Shown: piece after piece, positions 30,196 to 42,200 of the stretch
Layout: each line of letters opens with the position of its first letter
Numbering within the stretch: the stretch's first letter is position 1
Origin: Nitrospirota bacterium
GTDB lineage: Bacteria; Nitrospirota; UBA9217
Reading direction: 5' to 3'
Assembly: GCA_963751455.1 (NCBI GenBank)
Contig: CAVVUN010000006.1
Span: 192,001 to 256,000, forward strand
DNA: 64,000 bases
Made by a program: the position numbers and the translations under genes
Notes under the pieces: model-generated
The model's input: only the letters and a program-made list of their open reading frames with translations
Database searches by the model: none
Told to the model about the DNA's origin: nothing

Positions 30196-30918
30196 TCACT
30201 TCCTCCCTCCGAACATCGTGAATATCCCGTTTTTGTAATAACAGTCCACATCTTTGAACCCGATCTGCTCCAGGGCATTCATCTGGTCCTTTAACGTGTC
30301 GGGTTTGTTTTCTTCCGCATCCTTGTAACTCCGAATAATACGGTCAAATCGATCATCTGCTATCCGAAGGTCCCATTTTCTTTCATCGATCCAGTCCTTC
30401 CAAAGAGAGAGGTACCACTGCTCAAGACCCTGTATGGGAGCAAGCACTACATCGATATTGAGAAAATAGCCTCCCTGGTTCAGAAGCTTGTAAATTTTCG
30501 CAAACAGCGCTTCCTTCTCTTTCATGGTCAAATGATGAATCGCCAGCGAAGAGGCTATAAAGTCGAATTTGCCGCGGACACCATTTTCCCGTATCATCTC
30601 CTGAAAGCTTGAACAGATGCAGCGGGGCCGAATCAAACCGCTCAGTCGTTCGCGCGCCTTCTGCAGCATGTCGCCTGAACCGTCGACAAGGGTGATTGAT
30701 ACAGCCTCATCGATCTCCGCGATAACGGACGCAACAATGCCGTCTCCGCATCCCAAATCCAGTATTTTCCGGCGAGTGCCGTTTTTTATGAAGTGGGCAT
30801 AGAATGACTGAAGGATCGAGAGCATGCGTCTTCGCTCGACGATAAAGACGTCGGCATTATCCCGGTATCCGCGGCTGAATTCCGGCTTTGCCCAGTTGGA
30901 TTTGTCGAACTCTGCCAT
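30196..30918 (-). CDS. Class I SAM methyltransferase
   Basis: ILDLGCGDG, SSLAIHHL. Confidence 0.9.
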   Translation of the reverse strand: MAEFDKSNWAKPEFSRGYRDNADVFIVERRRMLSILQSFYAHFIKNGTRRKILDLGCGDGIVASVIAEIDEAVSITLVDGSGDMLQKARERLSGLIRPRCICSSFQEMIRENGVRGKFDFIASSLAIHHLTMKEKEALFAKIYKLLNQGGYFLNIDVVLAPIQGLEQWYLSLWKDWIDERKWDLRIADDRFDRIIRSYKDAEENKPDTLKDQMNALEQIGFKDVDCYYKNGIFTMFGGRK

Positions 30919-30921
30919 GAT

Positions 30922-31965
30922 TTATCCTCGGCTTTTCCAGGCGACAACGGCTTCGATGATGCTCGACGCTGTTCCGGTTGGTATTACTTTATTAAGACGA
31001 AGGCCGGCATTCGCTAATAGTTCTTTATATTCGGCCTCCGTCCTCTCCCGCCCACCCAAGTTAGCCAGCATCATTAGGTCAAGAAGTTTGCCGAAAAACG
31101 GTTCGTTGCCGGGCGGAATTACCATCTCAATCAGCAAAAGTTTTGCATTAGGTGACATAGCATGACGACAATTCTTGAGAATTGTATGGGCGCGTTCGTC
31201 GTTCCAGTCATGCAGGATCGACGCCATAAGGTAGACGTCGCCGCTGGACGGAATATCTTTTAAGAAATCTCCGCCGATGCATTCGCATCTATTCGACACT
31301 CCCATATCTTCGAGTTTTTTTCTCGCCTCTTCCACAACGTTCGGCAGATCCAGGATGATCCCTCTCATGTTCGGGTATTTTTTCAAAAGTGCGGACATGA
31401 GTGCCCCATGACCGCCGCCGACGTCGACAATCTTCGATATCGTCGCAAAATCATACGCCGCCGCTACTGCGAGCCCGTTCATCGTTACGAAGCCCGTCAT
31501 GGCCTCGTTGAACAACCGACCGAGTTCTGGATGTTTTTGAAGAAAGTCGAAATATTCCATTCCGTGTACGTGACTGAACGCAGTCTCTCCGGTTTTAACG
31601 CTGTACAGGAGATGTCCCCATGCCTCCCAGCCCATTTCTTTTGCCACAATCACGTAGGGCCGCAGGGAACCGGAATCGCCGGTCGCGAGACATTTCCCCA
31701 TTGGGGTCAATGCAAAGCGCTGCGGTTCAACTTCGATAAAAAAGCCGACGCTGGCGAGTGCCCTGAGAAGGCGATAAAGTGCGCCTGGATCTGCACTGAC
31801 ACGAAGCGATAAATCGTCTACATTTCTCGGCTGATCGATTAGATGATCCGCGATACCAAGTTTGGCTACAGCATAGATGGCTGCCGAAACCCAAAAGCCC
31901 GACATCATCTGGAGAAGAGTAGTCGCAGGCGGAAGTGGCTGAGATTTATTTTCGCTGGAATCCAT
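30922..31965 (-). CDS. O-methyltransferase (dimerisation plus Methyltransf_2 domains)
   Basis: VDVGGGHG, GGDF, ILHDWND, GGRERT. Confidence 0.92.
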   Translation of the reverse strand: MDSSENKSQPLPPATTLLQMMSGFWVSAAIYAVAKLGIADHLIDQPRNVDDLSLRVSADPGALYRLLRALASVGFFIEVEPQRFALTPMGKCLATGDSGSLRPYVIVAKEMGWEAWGHLLYSVKTGETAFSHVHGMEYFDFLQKHPELGRLFNEAMTGFVTMNGLAVAAAYDFATISKIVDVGGGHGALMSALLKKYPNMRGIILDLPNVVEEARKKLEDMGVSNRCECIGGDFLKDIPSSGDVYLMASILHDWNDERAHTILKNCRHAMSPNAKLLLIEMVIPPGNEPFFGKLLDLMMLANLGGRERTEAEYKELLANAGLRLNKVIPTGTASSIIEAVVAWKSRG

Positions 31966-32137
31966 CGTTCACCTCTATCTTGTACTAAATCCGGACAAAT
32001 ACATACCGGTTTATGTCGCTCTGACGTATATATTTCTGGCCCTTTGCATAGCGGCAATTCATGCTCGGCTGTTTCGCCCACATCAATGATTATTGCTCCG
32101 CTGGAACAGGTTTTCACACACTTTTGGGGCCTGATAT

Positions 32138-32530
32138 CTACACGTCAATTTTGAATCCCATAGTCACTTCACTTGCGGGCCTGCCGCCCCTGATTCCCCA
32201 GTTCTCGAGCGGCGGTTCATGAATGACGATTAGGATATCCTCGCCTTTGATCCCGGGGCTCGCGCCCAGATTCTCCACGATTCTTTGATAGAGAGCCTTT
32301 TTTGCCTCTGAAGTCCTGCCTTTGAAAGCGGTTATCTCGATGATGGCCGCATTGTCCGTCTTTGTCCGCGGTATCTCGAAGCGATCGCCGTCCAGTTCGT
32401 GGAGCACCTGGAAACGGTCCTGTTCCGGGATTTTGAATGCATGCACCAGTGCGTTATGCACCCCGTCCAGCAGCACTTTCCTGTACTCGTCAGACTTTCC
32501 GGCACGAATCGTTATTTTCGCCAACGGCAT
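32138..32530 (-). CDS. Tautomerase family protein
   Basis: Pro1 (MPLAKI), ENWGIRGG. Confidence 0.85.
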   Translation of the reverse strand: MPLAKITIRAGKSDEYRKVLLDGVHNALVHAFKIPEQDRFQVLHELDGDRFEIPRTKTDNAAIIEITAFKGRTSEAKKALYQRIVENLGASPGIKGEDILIVIHEPPLENWGIRGGRPASEVTMGFKIDV

Positions 32531-32541
32531 TTTCTGTCTCC

Positions 32542-32841
32542 TTACATCCTTCTCGCCAGTATCATTTTCAAATCCATTGCTTCTTTCCGCAGCACCTTCC
32601 ACGGCGCGTATTCCTTCGAGGAATACCATGCCTTAAACGCCTCCTCGCTCGGCCACTCATGCACAACGAGCAATTTCGGAGACCAGTCGCCTTCGATTGG
32701 TTCCATGTCATTGCTCCGGAACAGCAGCTTGCCGCCGTATTGCTCCATAGAAGACTTATGGCCTTCAACGTATTCCAGGAATTTATTCCTGTCTTTGATA
32801 GTCACATCAAGAAGCACATACACAGGTTCAGTTGCGGTCAT
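32542..32841 (-). CDS. DUF1330 family protein
   Basis: YGGKLLFR, EGDW, WYSSKEY. Confidence 0.85.
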   Translation of the reverse strand: MTATEPVYVLLDVTIKDRNKFLEYVEGHKSSMEQYGGKLLFRSNDMEPIEGDWSPKLLVVHEWPSEEAFKAWYSSKEYAPWKVLRKEAMDLKMILARRM

Positions 32842-33009
32842 TTGGTCCTCCTTTTTCGTAACTACTCAAGACTATAAAAAAATTATTTTCACACGAAGGC
32901 ACGGAGCCACAAAGAAAAAATAACGATCAATTTGTCTCTTGGTTTTAAAACCGGAATAAAAGCCTTTCTTCGTGTCTTTGCGGCTTTGTGTGAGAAAAAG
33001 CCTCTTTTA

Positions 33010-33714
33010 TCAGGATTTACGCTTTAACCTCATCATCTTATCCGCACCCTTCTGAAACTCGAACGGCACCTCGACGATCTCGGCCTGTATGTTTTCCGCT
33101 TCAAGGCATGCCAGCACCTCGTCCATATGCGAATACGGCCCCGCATCCAGCCCCTGGAGCGGATAGACGCGCACCTCCCCGGACGACACCCTTGCCATTT
33201 CCCGAAGAGACGCAATATGAAAGTCAAGGCTGAGCCGGTCTCCGTACAGAAACAGAAAATGGCTGGAGAGCACGAGCGAAAAAGTTCCGTCCGGAAAAGG
33301 AAGATGCGGAAGCTCAGCCTGAACGTACCTGTCCTTTCCTGGCGCTGTATAAAAGTCATGGGCAAACAGTCTTAGCGCCTTATGCCTCAATGCAATAATT
33401 TCTTCCCGGTTCTTGTAATATTTCCAGACATACAAATGAGGCACTCCATCGACCTTCTGGAAAGTATGGTCGATGTCCTCCCTGCCCTTTTTCAAAAGGC
33501 CGTCGACAGCTGTGCCGTAAAGAATATCGCATGCCGTCGCATGGATGCCTTTTTCAGAAGCCTCCGTGGTGAAGGAAGACGGTCCTGCAGCGCAGTCCAG
33601 GATCCGTCCGTGTCGAAGCAGGGATTCGTCAAGGTTGAACATTCGGACATATTCGAAATAGGTCCGGCCGGTAAATACGACGCGGTCGAGTTGTATGCCG
33701 TCTTTTTGGTTCAT
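33010..33714 (-). CDS. SAM-dependent methyltransferase
   Basis: ILDCAAGPSSF, LSSHFLFLY; start placed at MNQK because the upstream extension is repeat DNA. Confidence 0.8.
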   Translation of the reverse strand: MNQKDGIQLDRVVFTGRTYFEYVRMFNLDESLLRHGRILDCAAGPSSFTTEASEKGIHATACDILYGTAVDGLLKKGREDIDHTFQKVDGVPHLYVWKYYKNREEIIALRHKALRLFAHDFYTAPGKDRYVQAELPHLPFPDGTFSLVLSSHFLFLYGDRLSLDFHIASLREMARVSSGEVRVYPLQGLDAGPYSHMDEVLACLEAENIQAEIVEVPFEFQKGADKMMRLKRKS

Positions 33715-33863
33715 TTTAACCGCAGAGAACAAAAAAGTTTTTAACCACGGATGAACACGGATGGACACAGATATAAACAAATTCATGATTTTCTTGTTGT
33801 ATCCGTGTAAATCGGCTCATCAGCTGCAAAAAAATATAAATGTCGTACTTCCCGTACAAAAAC

Positions 33864-33901
33864 AAAAAAGGCCACGGAATTTATGATTTTCCGTGGCCTT
33901 T
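33864..33901 (-). terminator. Intrinsic terminator of a putative attenuator
   Basis: GGCCACGGAA...TTCCGTGGCC stem followed by U6 on the minus strand. Confidence 0.8.
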
Positions 33902-33923
33902 GGGTTCGATTTGTATTGCTCTG

Positions 33924-34013
33924 TTACATGATAAAACATCCCCCCTCAGCCACGGCTTGTTTATGCCATGCTGCCTTGCGAACGACCGCGGCGGTGAGGG
34001 TAATGTTCATCAT
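33924..34013 (-). CDS. Putative 29-aa leader peptide
   Basis: MMNITLTAAVVRKAAWHKQAVAEGGCFIM*; starts at the predicted TSS and contains antiterminator CCGTGGC (33955-33949). Confidence 0.55.
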   Translation of the reverse strand: MMNITLTAAVVRKAAWHKQAVAEGGCFIM

Positions 34014-34020
34014 GTTTTTG

Positions 34021-34050
34021 ACTATAGGCGAACTGAATATCCCTTGTCAA
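34021..34050 (-). promoter_or_regulatory. Sigma70 promoter
   Basis: TTGACA (34050-34045), 18-bp spacer, TATAGT (34026-34021). Confidence 0.65.
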
Positions 34051-34281
34051 GAAAAATTTTGATTTTTTCGTAAAATTCTGACAAACCGGAACGAAATATG
34101 CCACGAAGACGTCGCATCACGAAAAATTCAAAATCAATTAGCCGCAAAGATGCACAAAATGCACAAGGGGGATCTTATTACCTTTTGCGTCTTATGTGCT
34201 TTATTGTGGCCAACCCTTTTTAATTATTTGTGTTTTATCCGTGTCTCTCCGTGTCAATCCGTGGCAAAAATTCCCAGCGTC

Positions 34282-35100
34282 CTATTTCCAGCTTATCCTC
34301 GCCTCTTTCCTTATTGGAATACGGTAATATTTGTGTTTCGGGTACCCGATCAACATGGCGCCGTAACTTACATTGTCTTTTGGCAGACCAAGTTCTTTCT
34401 GCATAGGAGGCCAGTAGCGGGCCCCGAGATCGAAATACCCGGCCCAGCACGCGCCGAGGCCGTTTGCCTGTGCAGCCAGCTCCAGGTAGGCCAATGCGAT
34501 CGTGCAGGCCGACGGGGCCATCATGTTGTCTTTGTGCGCATGCGTCAGAACCACATGCGGAGCGCTGCGGCAGACAGCATCAATCCCCGCTTCCCATTTG
34601 CGTACAACATGGTCGAGAAGGATCGTTTTCGCAAAGTCCGGCTTCTGCTTGATCATGAAACGCATCCAATCGATTACCATCGCGGCAAGCCGCCTGACTT
34701 CGGAGGTGTTGTGGATAATGAGCCACTCCACGGGCTGCGTATTGTGGCCTGAAGGACCGGTGGAAGAAGTCCCTATGAGACGTGCCAGCTCATTTCTGTC
34801 AACGGGATCAGTCCGGTATGTGCGAATCGACCTTCTTCCACGAAGGAACTGCTCGGCCTGCTCCGCTTTCACCGAAAGATCGGGCTTAATCAGGGTACAT
34901 TGCTCGGGCTTCATTGCCCGGTGGGAAAAGGCACCCGTGGGGCAAGCGGCAACGCAATGCCCGCAGTTGACGCATAATTCCTCGGAGTCCTTGGACGGCG
35001 TAGGCACACCGTCTATCTGTTCAATATTTCCAAGCGGACAGACAGCAGCACAGATATAATCTTTTTTGCATTTGGATGCATCAACCACAAACAAACTCAT
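34282..35100 (-). CDS. 4Fe-4S ferredoxin fused to nitroreductase
   Basis: CKKDYICAAVCP, CVNCGHCVAACP, RRSIR, PSGHNTQP. Confidence 0.92.
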   Translation of the reverse strand: MSLFVVDASKCKKDYICAAVCPLGNIEQIDGVPTPSKDSEELCVNCGHCVAACPTGAFSHRAMKPEQCTLIKPDLSVKAEQAEQFLRGRRSIRTYRTDPVDRNELARLIGTSSTGPSGHNTQPVEWLIIHNTSEVRRLAAMVIDWMRFMIKQKPDFAKTILLDHVVRKWEAGIDAVCRSAPHVVLTHAHKDNMMAPSACTIALAYLELAAQANGLGACWAGYFDLGARYWPPMQKELGLPKDNVSYGAMLIGYPKHKYYRIPIRKEARISWK

Positions 35101-35220
35101 GTTTCACCTCATGTTCTCTGATCGATCAGCTTCTTCCTGCACCACTGCGGTAATGGTCGTATAAAGCTACCACAGAAGCGGGAAGCATTCTTTCAAAATC
35201 CGATTATCTTTTTTAGAAAT

Positions 35221-35586
35221 CTAAGCATGTTGCGTTGCAGATCGGAGCGCAATCGATGTCCAGACTGCCCCGGCCGAATCTACAATCGCAAATAAAATAA
35301 GAACAGGACTTGCTAAGCCTAGGAGTACGAATGCCAGCAAAATAACAACAACCAATGAACGACCATAAACAGTCCACCGGATAAAGTCAGTGAGGTCTCT
35401 CCTTGCCGCGAGAATTGAATAGAGCGCGAGTACCAGCACTAACGTGCCGACTACTCGAATCCATACGTCACGAGGCGCCGGAAGGCCCATAAAATTCAAG
35501 AGGGCATCAGGTGCCAGTACAAGAAGAACTCCCAAACCAATCAAATATAATCCAAAGACGAATAAACTGGCAGCTGCTTTGCTCAC
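35221..35586 (-). CDS. Four-TM membrane protein
   Basis: 121-aa hydrophobic ORF with RBS. Confidence 0.65.
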   Translation of the reverse strand: MSKAAASLFVFGLYLIGLGVLLVLAPDALLNFMGLPAPRDVWIRVVGTLVLVLALYSILAARRDLTDFIRWTVYGRSLVVVILLAFVLLGLASPVLILFAIVDSAGAVWTSIALRSATQHA

Positions 35587-35600
35587 TGTATTCTCCTATA

Positions 35601-35801
35601 TTATCCTTTGCTCCTTGTGGTGTATTTGAAGGGAATATAAACGGGACAGAAGGCAAAAATGCCGGTCAACAATCTGATCACGCCATAACCGCCGAGGATA
35701 TATTGCCATACGCCGGCAACTAAAAATGCCGCTATAAAAAGAAAAGCGATACCATGAAAAATTCTTTCAATTCTGTCTGTTCCTCCGACATTGCATTTCA
35801 T
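35601..35801 (-). CDS. DUF2892 (YgaP-like) membrane protein
   Basis: MKCNVGGTDR...FCPVY. Confidence 0.8.
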   Translation of the reverse strand: MKCNVGGTDRIERIFHGIAFLFIAAFLVAGVWQYILGGYGVIRLLTGIFAFCPVYIPFKYTTRSKG

Positions 35802-35835
35802 CGTTCATCTCCTCTCGGTTAATGCCCGTTTAAGA

Positions 35836-36438
35836 TCAGTTTTCGAATATGCTTTTCAAATATTTTTTGAATTGGTTCAGATTGTTTGCGACAACGTCGA
35901 GGTCCTGCCTGGTTTTCGCCAGCATCAGCGAACCCTCGAAGAGCGCAATGAAATGATCGGCGAGAGTGCCTGTAGCAAGCCCTTTGACGTTATACGCTGC
36001 CTTTGCCGCATCAAGCTCCTGTTTCAGCATATCGGCCCATAGCCTGAAATGGCCTGCGCATTGTGTCCGGATCTCGGGATGGGTGTCCGTCAGCACCTGG
36101 GCAAAATTTCCCAGCAAACACCCCGAACGCCGCGCCGGGTCTTTCGACAGCGCAATCATGAAATCAATATATCCATACAGGCGCTGAAGAGGGTCGCTCT
36201 TTTTAAAGAAGGGCGCATTTTGAATGGCCTGAAATGTGGCGTTTATATACCTTTCCAGAACGACTTTCCCTAAATCTTCCTTGCTTTTAAAATAGTGAAA
36301 GAAGCTTCCCTTCGTAAGATTCGCGGCCTCACAGATCTCTTCAACCGAAGTGGCAGTGTATCCCTTTGCCAGCATCAAATGCTGGGCCGTTTCGAGAAGT
36401 TTTTCCCTGGCTGCAGGGTTTTCCTGACGGGTTCTCAT
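35836..36438 (-). CDS. TetR family regulator (NemR-like)
   Basis: KGSFFHYFKSKEDL, GCLLGN. Confidence 0.92.
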   Translation of the reverse strand: MRTRQENPAAREKLLETAQHLMLAKGYTATSVEEICEAANLTKGSFFHYFKSKEDLGKVVLERYINATFQAIQNAPFFKKSDPLQRLYGYIDFMIALSKDPARRSGCLLGNFAQVLTDTHPEIRTQCAGHFRLWADMLKQELDAAKAAYNVKGLATGTLADHFIALFEGSLMLAKTRQDLDVVANNLNQFKKYLKSIFEN

Positions 36439-36442
36439 AATT

Positions 36443-36490
36443 ATACCTACCGGTTGGTATGTTTATATATGAAACGAGCCGTGATGTCAA
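36443..36490 (-). promoter_or_regulatory. Promoter plus palindromic operator of the NemR-like gene
   Basis: TTGACA (36490-36485), 17-bp spacer, TATAAA; near-palindrome ATACCTACCGGTTGGTAT at 36443-36460. Confidence 0.65.
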
Positions 36491-36688
36491 GAAATTTATT
36501 TGGATGCAATAACATGGGTTTTTAGCAAAGGAAAAGTATCCAGGCGAGGAATATCCAAGTTCAAATGAAGCATGAATTTATTACAGATGCTGTTGATTTC
36601 AACTACTATTGTTCACCCGTGAGCCATCGAGAAAATTGAAAATTTTTAAGTGAAAGATGCGCGCTTCCCTGAGATCGAATATCGATGA

Positions 36689-37420
36689 TTACATCGCCGC
36701 TTCGGCAGCAACATGCCCGGCTAATGTCGTAATAAATGCCTTCAGTCCGGTTAATTCGCTCATTTCAGAGTACACGCCGTTTTTTGAAGCAATCCGGGGA
36801 GAAAGAATAATAGTAGCAGCAGAGTATAATTGTTCGGCCATCAATTTCTTACACAGAATGTTATAACGCTCGGCATACGAGGCATTCTGAAACTCCGGGA
36901 AAATGGGAAAGTTCGGAGAGAAATCCTTTACCGCCCTGCGTGAAGCCGGAGCGTCTTCAAGCAGCATTAAATAACCCAGAAACGGTCTCTTACTTTCTCC
37001 GAAAGCCCCTTCACGGTAGGCAGTCCATAGATCAACCGCATTTCCAAGGGCTTCCTCACAACGATTATTACAATTGTTGCCGAAGGAGCCCGCCTGCGAC
37101 TTAAATTCAACCGCAGCAATGAGTTTTCCCTGATTCATCACCAGCAAATCCCAAACCTTGGTAGGCCGGAAAAAGCCAGGCAGCGTAAGGAGGCGTCGTT
37201 TCTGCAGGATGTCCGCATGGCCGAGCCCATTTGCATGCACGATATCGACAACGAGACGGACAAAGCCATGAAGATTGTTGCCTCCGGTAACCGCGCCTCG
37301 TTCACCCTGGTCCATTTTTCCGCTTGTACGCTGCTTTTTTGTAGCCTTTTTTCTGCTGACCCAGAACTTTTTGACAGCAGAACGCGCCTTCGCTTCATAA
37401 TCAACAAGATCAAGCGGCAT
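36689..37420 (-). CDS. PaeR7I/XhoI-family type II restriction endonuclease
   Basis: [32 protein letters not shown]; overlaps the MTase stop codon. Confidence 0.88.
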   Translation of the reverse strand: MPLDLVDYEAKARSAVKKFWVSRKKATKKQRTSGKMDQGERGAVTGGNNLHGFVRLVVDIVHANGLGHADILQKRRLLTLPGFFRPTKVWDLLVMNQGKLIAAVEFKSQAGSFGNNCNNRCEEALGNAVDLWTAYREGAFGESKRPFLGYLMLLEDAPASRRAVKDFSPNFPIFPEFQNASYAERYNILCKKLMAEQLYSAATIILSPRIASKNGVYSEMSELTGLKAFITTLAGHVAAEAAM

Positions 37421-39146
37421 CATCCACTCCCTTTTCGCCATCTGATGCGATAATGCACCGCTCATCTGGCGATAATTTATAAAGATCGGAGGTCAGAGCG
37501 TTGCATGCCCTGACGTCTCGCTTATCCGCAGCAGCTCTCAATTTCGCTCGCATGTCTTCCGGGACATCCTGCCAATGAGGGATGCGAATGCGGCGCAGAT
37601 ACTGTGCCTGGAATCGCAGATACCCGCCTCGCATTTTTGTGGAATAGGTTGAAATAAAGAGCCCGGGGATATCCGATAGCAGTACTGCCTGGAGCGCTTT
37701 TAAATCCCATGTGTCCGATGTAATGTAATAGAGATTGTGATGAGGATAATATTTTCCTTCCTCATACACGATGTTTGCCTCGCCCTTTATGTCAGGGATC
37801 AGGAGCTTCGGCGTGTTCGTAAGCTGAGGGGTGATCCGGTCAATCGTCCGGTACCATCGGTCGCTGTTCCGCTTCGCCACGTTACGGTTGCAGATAATAG
37901 TCTTATGCCGGTTCAAATATGCAGCAAGCTTCGGATATTTTTTCAAATTTACAAGGCCGCCCTCTTCGTCAAAAGGATTAATAACGCCTTTCCCGCGCCA
38001 TTCAACATGGCCCGCCACGATGTCTTTCGTCATCACCAGCGGCAATTTCCGGTCTTTTTCTACATCAAGCTCATCATACGGCCCGACATAAACTTTATCC
38101 GCGCCGGTAGCAACGCCGATGCCGACTTTGCACCCCGCCTCTTCGAGTGTTGGAAGCTCTGCTTCAAGTCGTCTTAGAACAGCAAGCTGATCAAATGATT
38201 CAAGCACCCACGGCTCGCTGCCATGCATGATGCCGCTAACTTCATGCACATCGCCGCTGGGTTTGATTGATTTGGCTCGCATATCATGTGCAAGCTTGTT
38301 TAAGGTGTCTTTATCAACTTGTGGACGATGCGCTATGCGGGTCGCTTCGGACTTTTCATGTGCAATTACCGTAATAGCCGGGTATGCGCTCACTTCAGAA
38401 TGAAAGGCATCGGTATCGACCATATCAATATAGTATTTCAGATGATAGCCGTGCGCAACCATCTTCCGCAGCGGCCCACCGTAACGGTTCTTCATCCACC
38501 GATCAGAGCAGATGAATCCCACAGAACCTTTCGGCTCCAGGAGCTTTAATGATTTTTCTATAAATGGGATGTACAGATCCGCGCGATCGTAAAGAGTATC
38601 AAAGCGATGCCTATATTCGGCAAGCAGGACAGCAGGGATTAATTCCTGGCGCACATATGGAGGATTGCCGACGATGTGAGTAAACTGAAAAGGAAATTCG
38701 GTAAGGAGAAAATCGCTCTGAATAAGCCATGCATCGAGCAGCTTTTCAGTATCGGATTTTGATAGTCCCGTATCCTTGAGCAACGTGTGGAGCTTCCACC
38801 GTGTTTCCAAAAAACTCTTACTATGCAGTTCAATTGAACGAATAGAATCTCTGAGATCTGCAACAGGTTGAGGGTGCGCAGGAGCATGTGTATTGTAAGA
38901 ATCGAGCAGCCGTTCCACAGCCACTAGAAGAAACGCGCCTTCTCCGAATGAAGGTTCCAGCAAGCGTTTCTTGTAAAGAGCGACAGTGGCCGTGTAGCCG
39001 GTTAAATCCAGGATAAACTCGACCACTTCACGGCGTGTGAACACAGCACCGCGCCCCTCTACGCCAGCCGCTGCCAACTGCTCAATAGCGCCTTGAAGCC
39101 GGTCCATACCTGGCAATGCAATTTGTAAAGTGTCAAGTGTCGTCAT
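37410..39146 (-). CDS. N6-adenine DNA methyltransferase (M.PaeR7I/XhoI-like)
   Basis: [24 protein letters not shown]. Confidence 0.9.
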   Translation of the reverse strand: MTTLDTLQIALPGMDRLQGAIEQLAAAGVEGRGAVFTRREVVEFILDLTGYTATVALYKKRLLEPSFGEGAFLLVAVERLLDSYNTHAPAHPQPVADLRDSIRSIELHSKSFLETRWKLHTLLKDTGLSKSDTEKLLDAWLIQSDFLLTEFPFQFTHIVGNPPYVRQELIPAVLLAEYRHRFDTLYDRADLYIPFIEKSLKLLEPKGSVGFICSDRWMKNRYGGPLRKMVAHGYHLKYYIDMVDTDAFHSEVSAYPAITVIAHEKSEATRIAHRPQVDKDTLNKLAHDMRAKSIKPSGDVHEVSGIMHGSEPWVLESFDQLAVLRRLEAELPTLEEAGCKVGIGVATGADKVYVGPYDELDVEKDRKLPLVMTKDIVAGHVEWRGKGVINPFDEEGGLVNLKKYPKLAAYLNRHKTIICNRNVAKRNSDRWYRTIDRITPQLTNTPKLLIPDIKGEANIVYEEGKYYPHHNLYYITSDTWDLKALQAVLLSDIPGLFISTYSTKMRGGYLRFQAQYLRRIRIPHWQDVPEDMRAKLRAAADKRDVRACNALTSDLYKLSPDERCIIASDGEKGVDDAA

Positions 39147-39203
39147 CTTGTTATAGCCACAACCTGAATTCGTTTTGCGTTTCTACGTGCATCCCAAATA
39201 CAA

Positions 39204-42200
39204 TTACGCCTCCGGTTTATTACCGCTTTGTTCCTGTTCATAGAAATCCATTTCTCTTTCCCACTGCTTCCTTTGAGCGATTGCTTTTTCTTTTGCACCT
39301 TCTTCGCCCCATCTCTTGACGGAAAAGCGCCTTAATTTTTCTTTACCTGGCATTGGGCTTCCCGAGGCAAACCAAGCATCAGTCGTCCAGACCTTGCCAT
39401 TTCTCTTGGTGACGCTTTTTCCACGTCTGACACCTACTATGCCGGACTTATTCCTGGCAGTAATTCTAATAGCGTTTTCCCTTCTTTTGTAGGGTGTTAT
39501 TAATTTATTGATTTCAGCTAATTGCTCTTTTGCGGCTTCAAAGGCATCTTTTATACCGCCATATATAGAATCGCTAAAAAATTCATTATAGTTCTTGTCT
39601 CGCCGTCTGACTCTGATTTCCCAACCGTGTGTACCCCTCTTAGTAAAGATATCAATCCTTGTGATTCCAATAGTTCTTGGAAAAGTCTTTTTAATAAAAT
39701 CCTTAATCTCAGAATAATCTATAACTTTATTCGGTTCAGAAGAGGAAAATAGTGAACCTGAGATTTTTATCTTCGGTACATAGTCGCCCTTCTTGACTGC
39801 GCTGCCTTTTCCTCTCTTGCTTGCAGTACCAAAGCTTTTCGCATAATGTTGATGCCGTACTCTTCCTTGCGGAATAATTGTTAAGTCTTTGCCCCACCTT
39901 AGCAATGTTTTTAAGCGCCACTTTAAGGTTTCTTCAGTATATCTATCATCCATTATTTTTTCAAATGGCGGCCTTACGGGTTCATCTTGCCTGACAGTCT
40001 CCCAAATTATTTGTAGTGGCTCAGTGGTAAGCGCTTCTTTAAGCAATTTCCGAAATTCGCCTGGAGATACAGTCACTGGTTGATCACCGGTTAGCCAGCC
40101 ACCAAGACGTAAATCAGATATTGCTACACGATCATCGATTTGTGATACTGGCACTCCACCCTGTATTGACTGCCAAGCATTTTCCACCAACGCAACATTC
40201 GGACTCGACGGCAAGAAAAAGTCCAGCCGACTTGAAGCCCTTCTCCTGACATTCAACATGCCCAAATTGCCGAGAGTTTCAATTATAGAGCTTCTCGACT
40301 CGGTCGGTTGTATCAAATTTCCGTCATCGGTTTCTACTAGGAGTTTGGTTTCCGTCAACCATGCCCGAAATACTAATGAGTAGGATTCCCAGGTTTTACT
40401 TGACGCCTCTATGAACGGAAACTGTTGTTGAAGATATTTAGACATAGCCTTTACAGAGAATTTATCACCGTGTGATACGGCGTTAATAATTCGCGATACG
40501 ATTTCATTCTTTAGAAGTTGTCGCCGTATATACTCCCCTAAACGCCCATGATTATAGATATCGCGTACAGATTGAGATACTTCCCATCCATCTTTACTTG
40601 CTATGATCAGATTAAAATTTCTCAATTCCCGAAGTATGTTGAAGGCATATCCCCGCGATAATCCCTGAGTCTTTTCAATATCTTCGACAGAGATGTCTTT
40701 TTTGTTTTTATCTATAAGCGAGTGAAAAACGGCCAGTACGGGGCTAGGAGAGGTTCTGTAGACATTTATCTGGCGAAACTCGGGAAGTTTTTGATAAACT
40801 AGATAATCTTTAAAAACGTCACTATAAGTGTCATAAGTAATTCCGGTAAGCCTGATTAATCTTGAAGCCGTTAGTTTATCAAGAATTTTTAGTAAAAGTG
40901 GGTCTTCATCGAAATGTCTATGAATTTGGTTAAAGTCTGCGGGGAGCAATCTTGCAATTCGAGAAAGATAGTCTCTTTCCATTTCATCAAGTTCTTCAAG
41001 CTCTTCATTAAATAAATCATCAAGCTGCAAACCTGCGGATATCAACTCACTTTGAATAACGCCTTTACTGACTAATCTTGTTAGATGCGCCATTGTTCTT
41101 TTTAACAACCAAGGAAATCCTTGGGCAAAGCTGAGAACATATGATTGAACTTCACGTGTTATTGGTTTAGCTGCTGTCTCGTTAATTCTTCGTATAAGTG
41201 AGATGGCCTCTTCAACTGAAAAGTCAGGCAATTCGAAAGATTTTGAAGATTGATTTATTTTTTCGAGGGAAATTTTAGAATTATCAAAAGTCGTCAGCTG
41301 GTCATTTTTCCTAGCAAAAATGACAAATGTCTTATTTTTGCTACGAGAAAAAATATCAAAAAGGTTTTCGTAAGCTTCAAATATCTCTGGAACAAGGAAC
41401 GTCGATTCAAATTGATCAACGAAAAACAACTTCAATCTATCTCTGTTATTTTCTATTAAATTGTTAATTTGATTTTCAATATCACGAAAATCTTGCGCTA
41501 AGTAGTCCGAATTCGTGAAGCGCTGCACCACGGAAAATATATCAAGAGTTGATTTAATATCACGCGCATCATGCAATTCTGTAATAGCACCTGCTTCCAC
41601 CTTTGCCTTTTCAATAAATGCCAAAACCGAGCTTTTCCCAACACCTGAACGACTTTTAACCTGTAAGATGTTAGGCCCTTGATTCTCATCGATATAGGTT
41701 GATAGTCGTTCAATAAACTTATCTCTTCCTATGAAAACATTCGGGCTTGCTGGCAACTTGTAATCTGCCCAATCAGTACCTAAAGATAAGCCCTTCGGAA
41801 TGCTTCGTTCTTTTTCACGATAAATCTTGCTTGGCTTTTTTGGGCTCAAAATTGGCTCAAGTGGTTGCAGAGGAATCTCCGATGAAGTTAAAGCCTGCAA
41901 AAACTGCACGTCATCAATTTGATTGCAATTGAGATCAAAAACAGAAAAATAGGCCGGTGTAATAGAATTATGCGCGCGTGCAATAAGCACTAAAAAAATG
42001 TCATCATCCGTTTTCAGGATTTTGCTAGTAACAGGTATATAGCCTTGTTGTTGTAACACACTTGCCAACACATCAAAAGATGGACATCTCAATGAGTCTT
42101 CAATCGACCTGAATAGTCCCTTCCCCGTTATGCTGGTGATACCGTACGATTTGACTTTAGAGTAGTAATCATCGGCTTCCGGAGTAAGTGGGGCCGTTGA

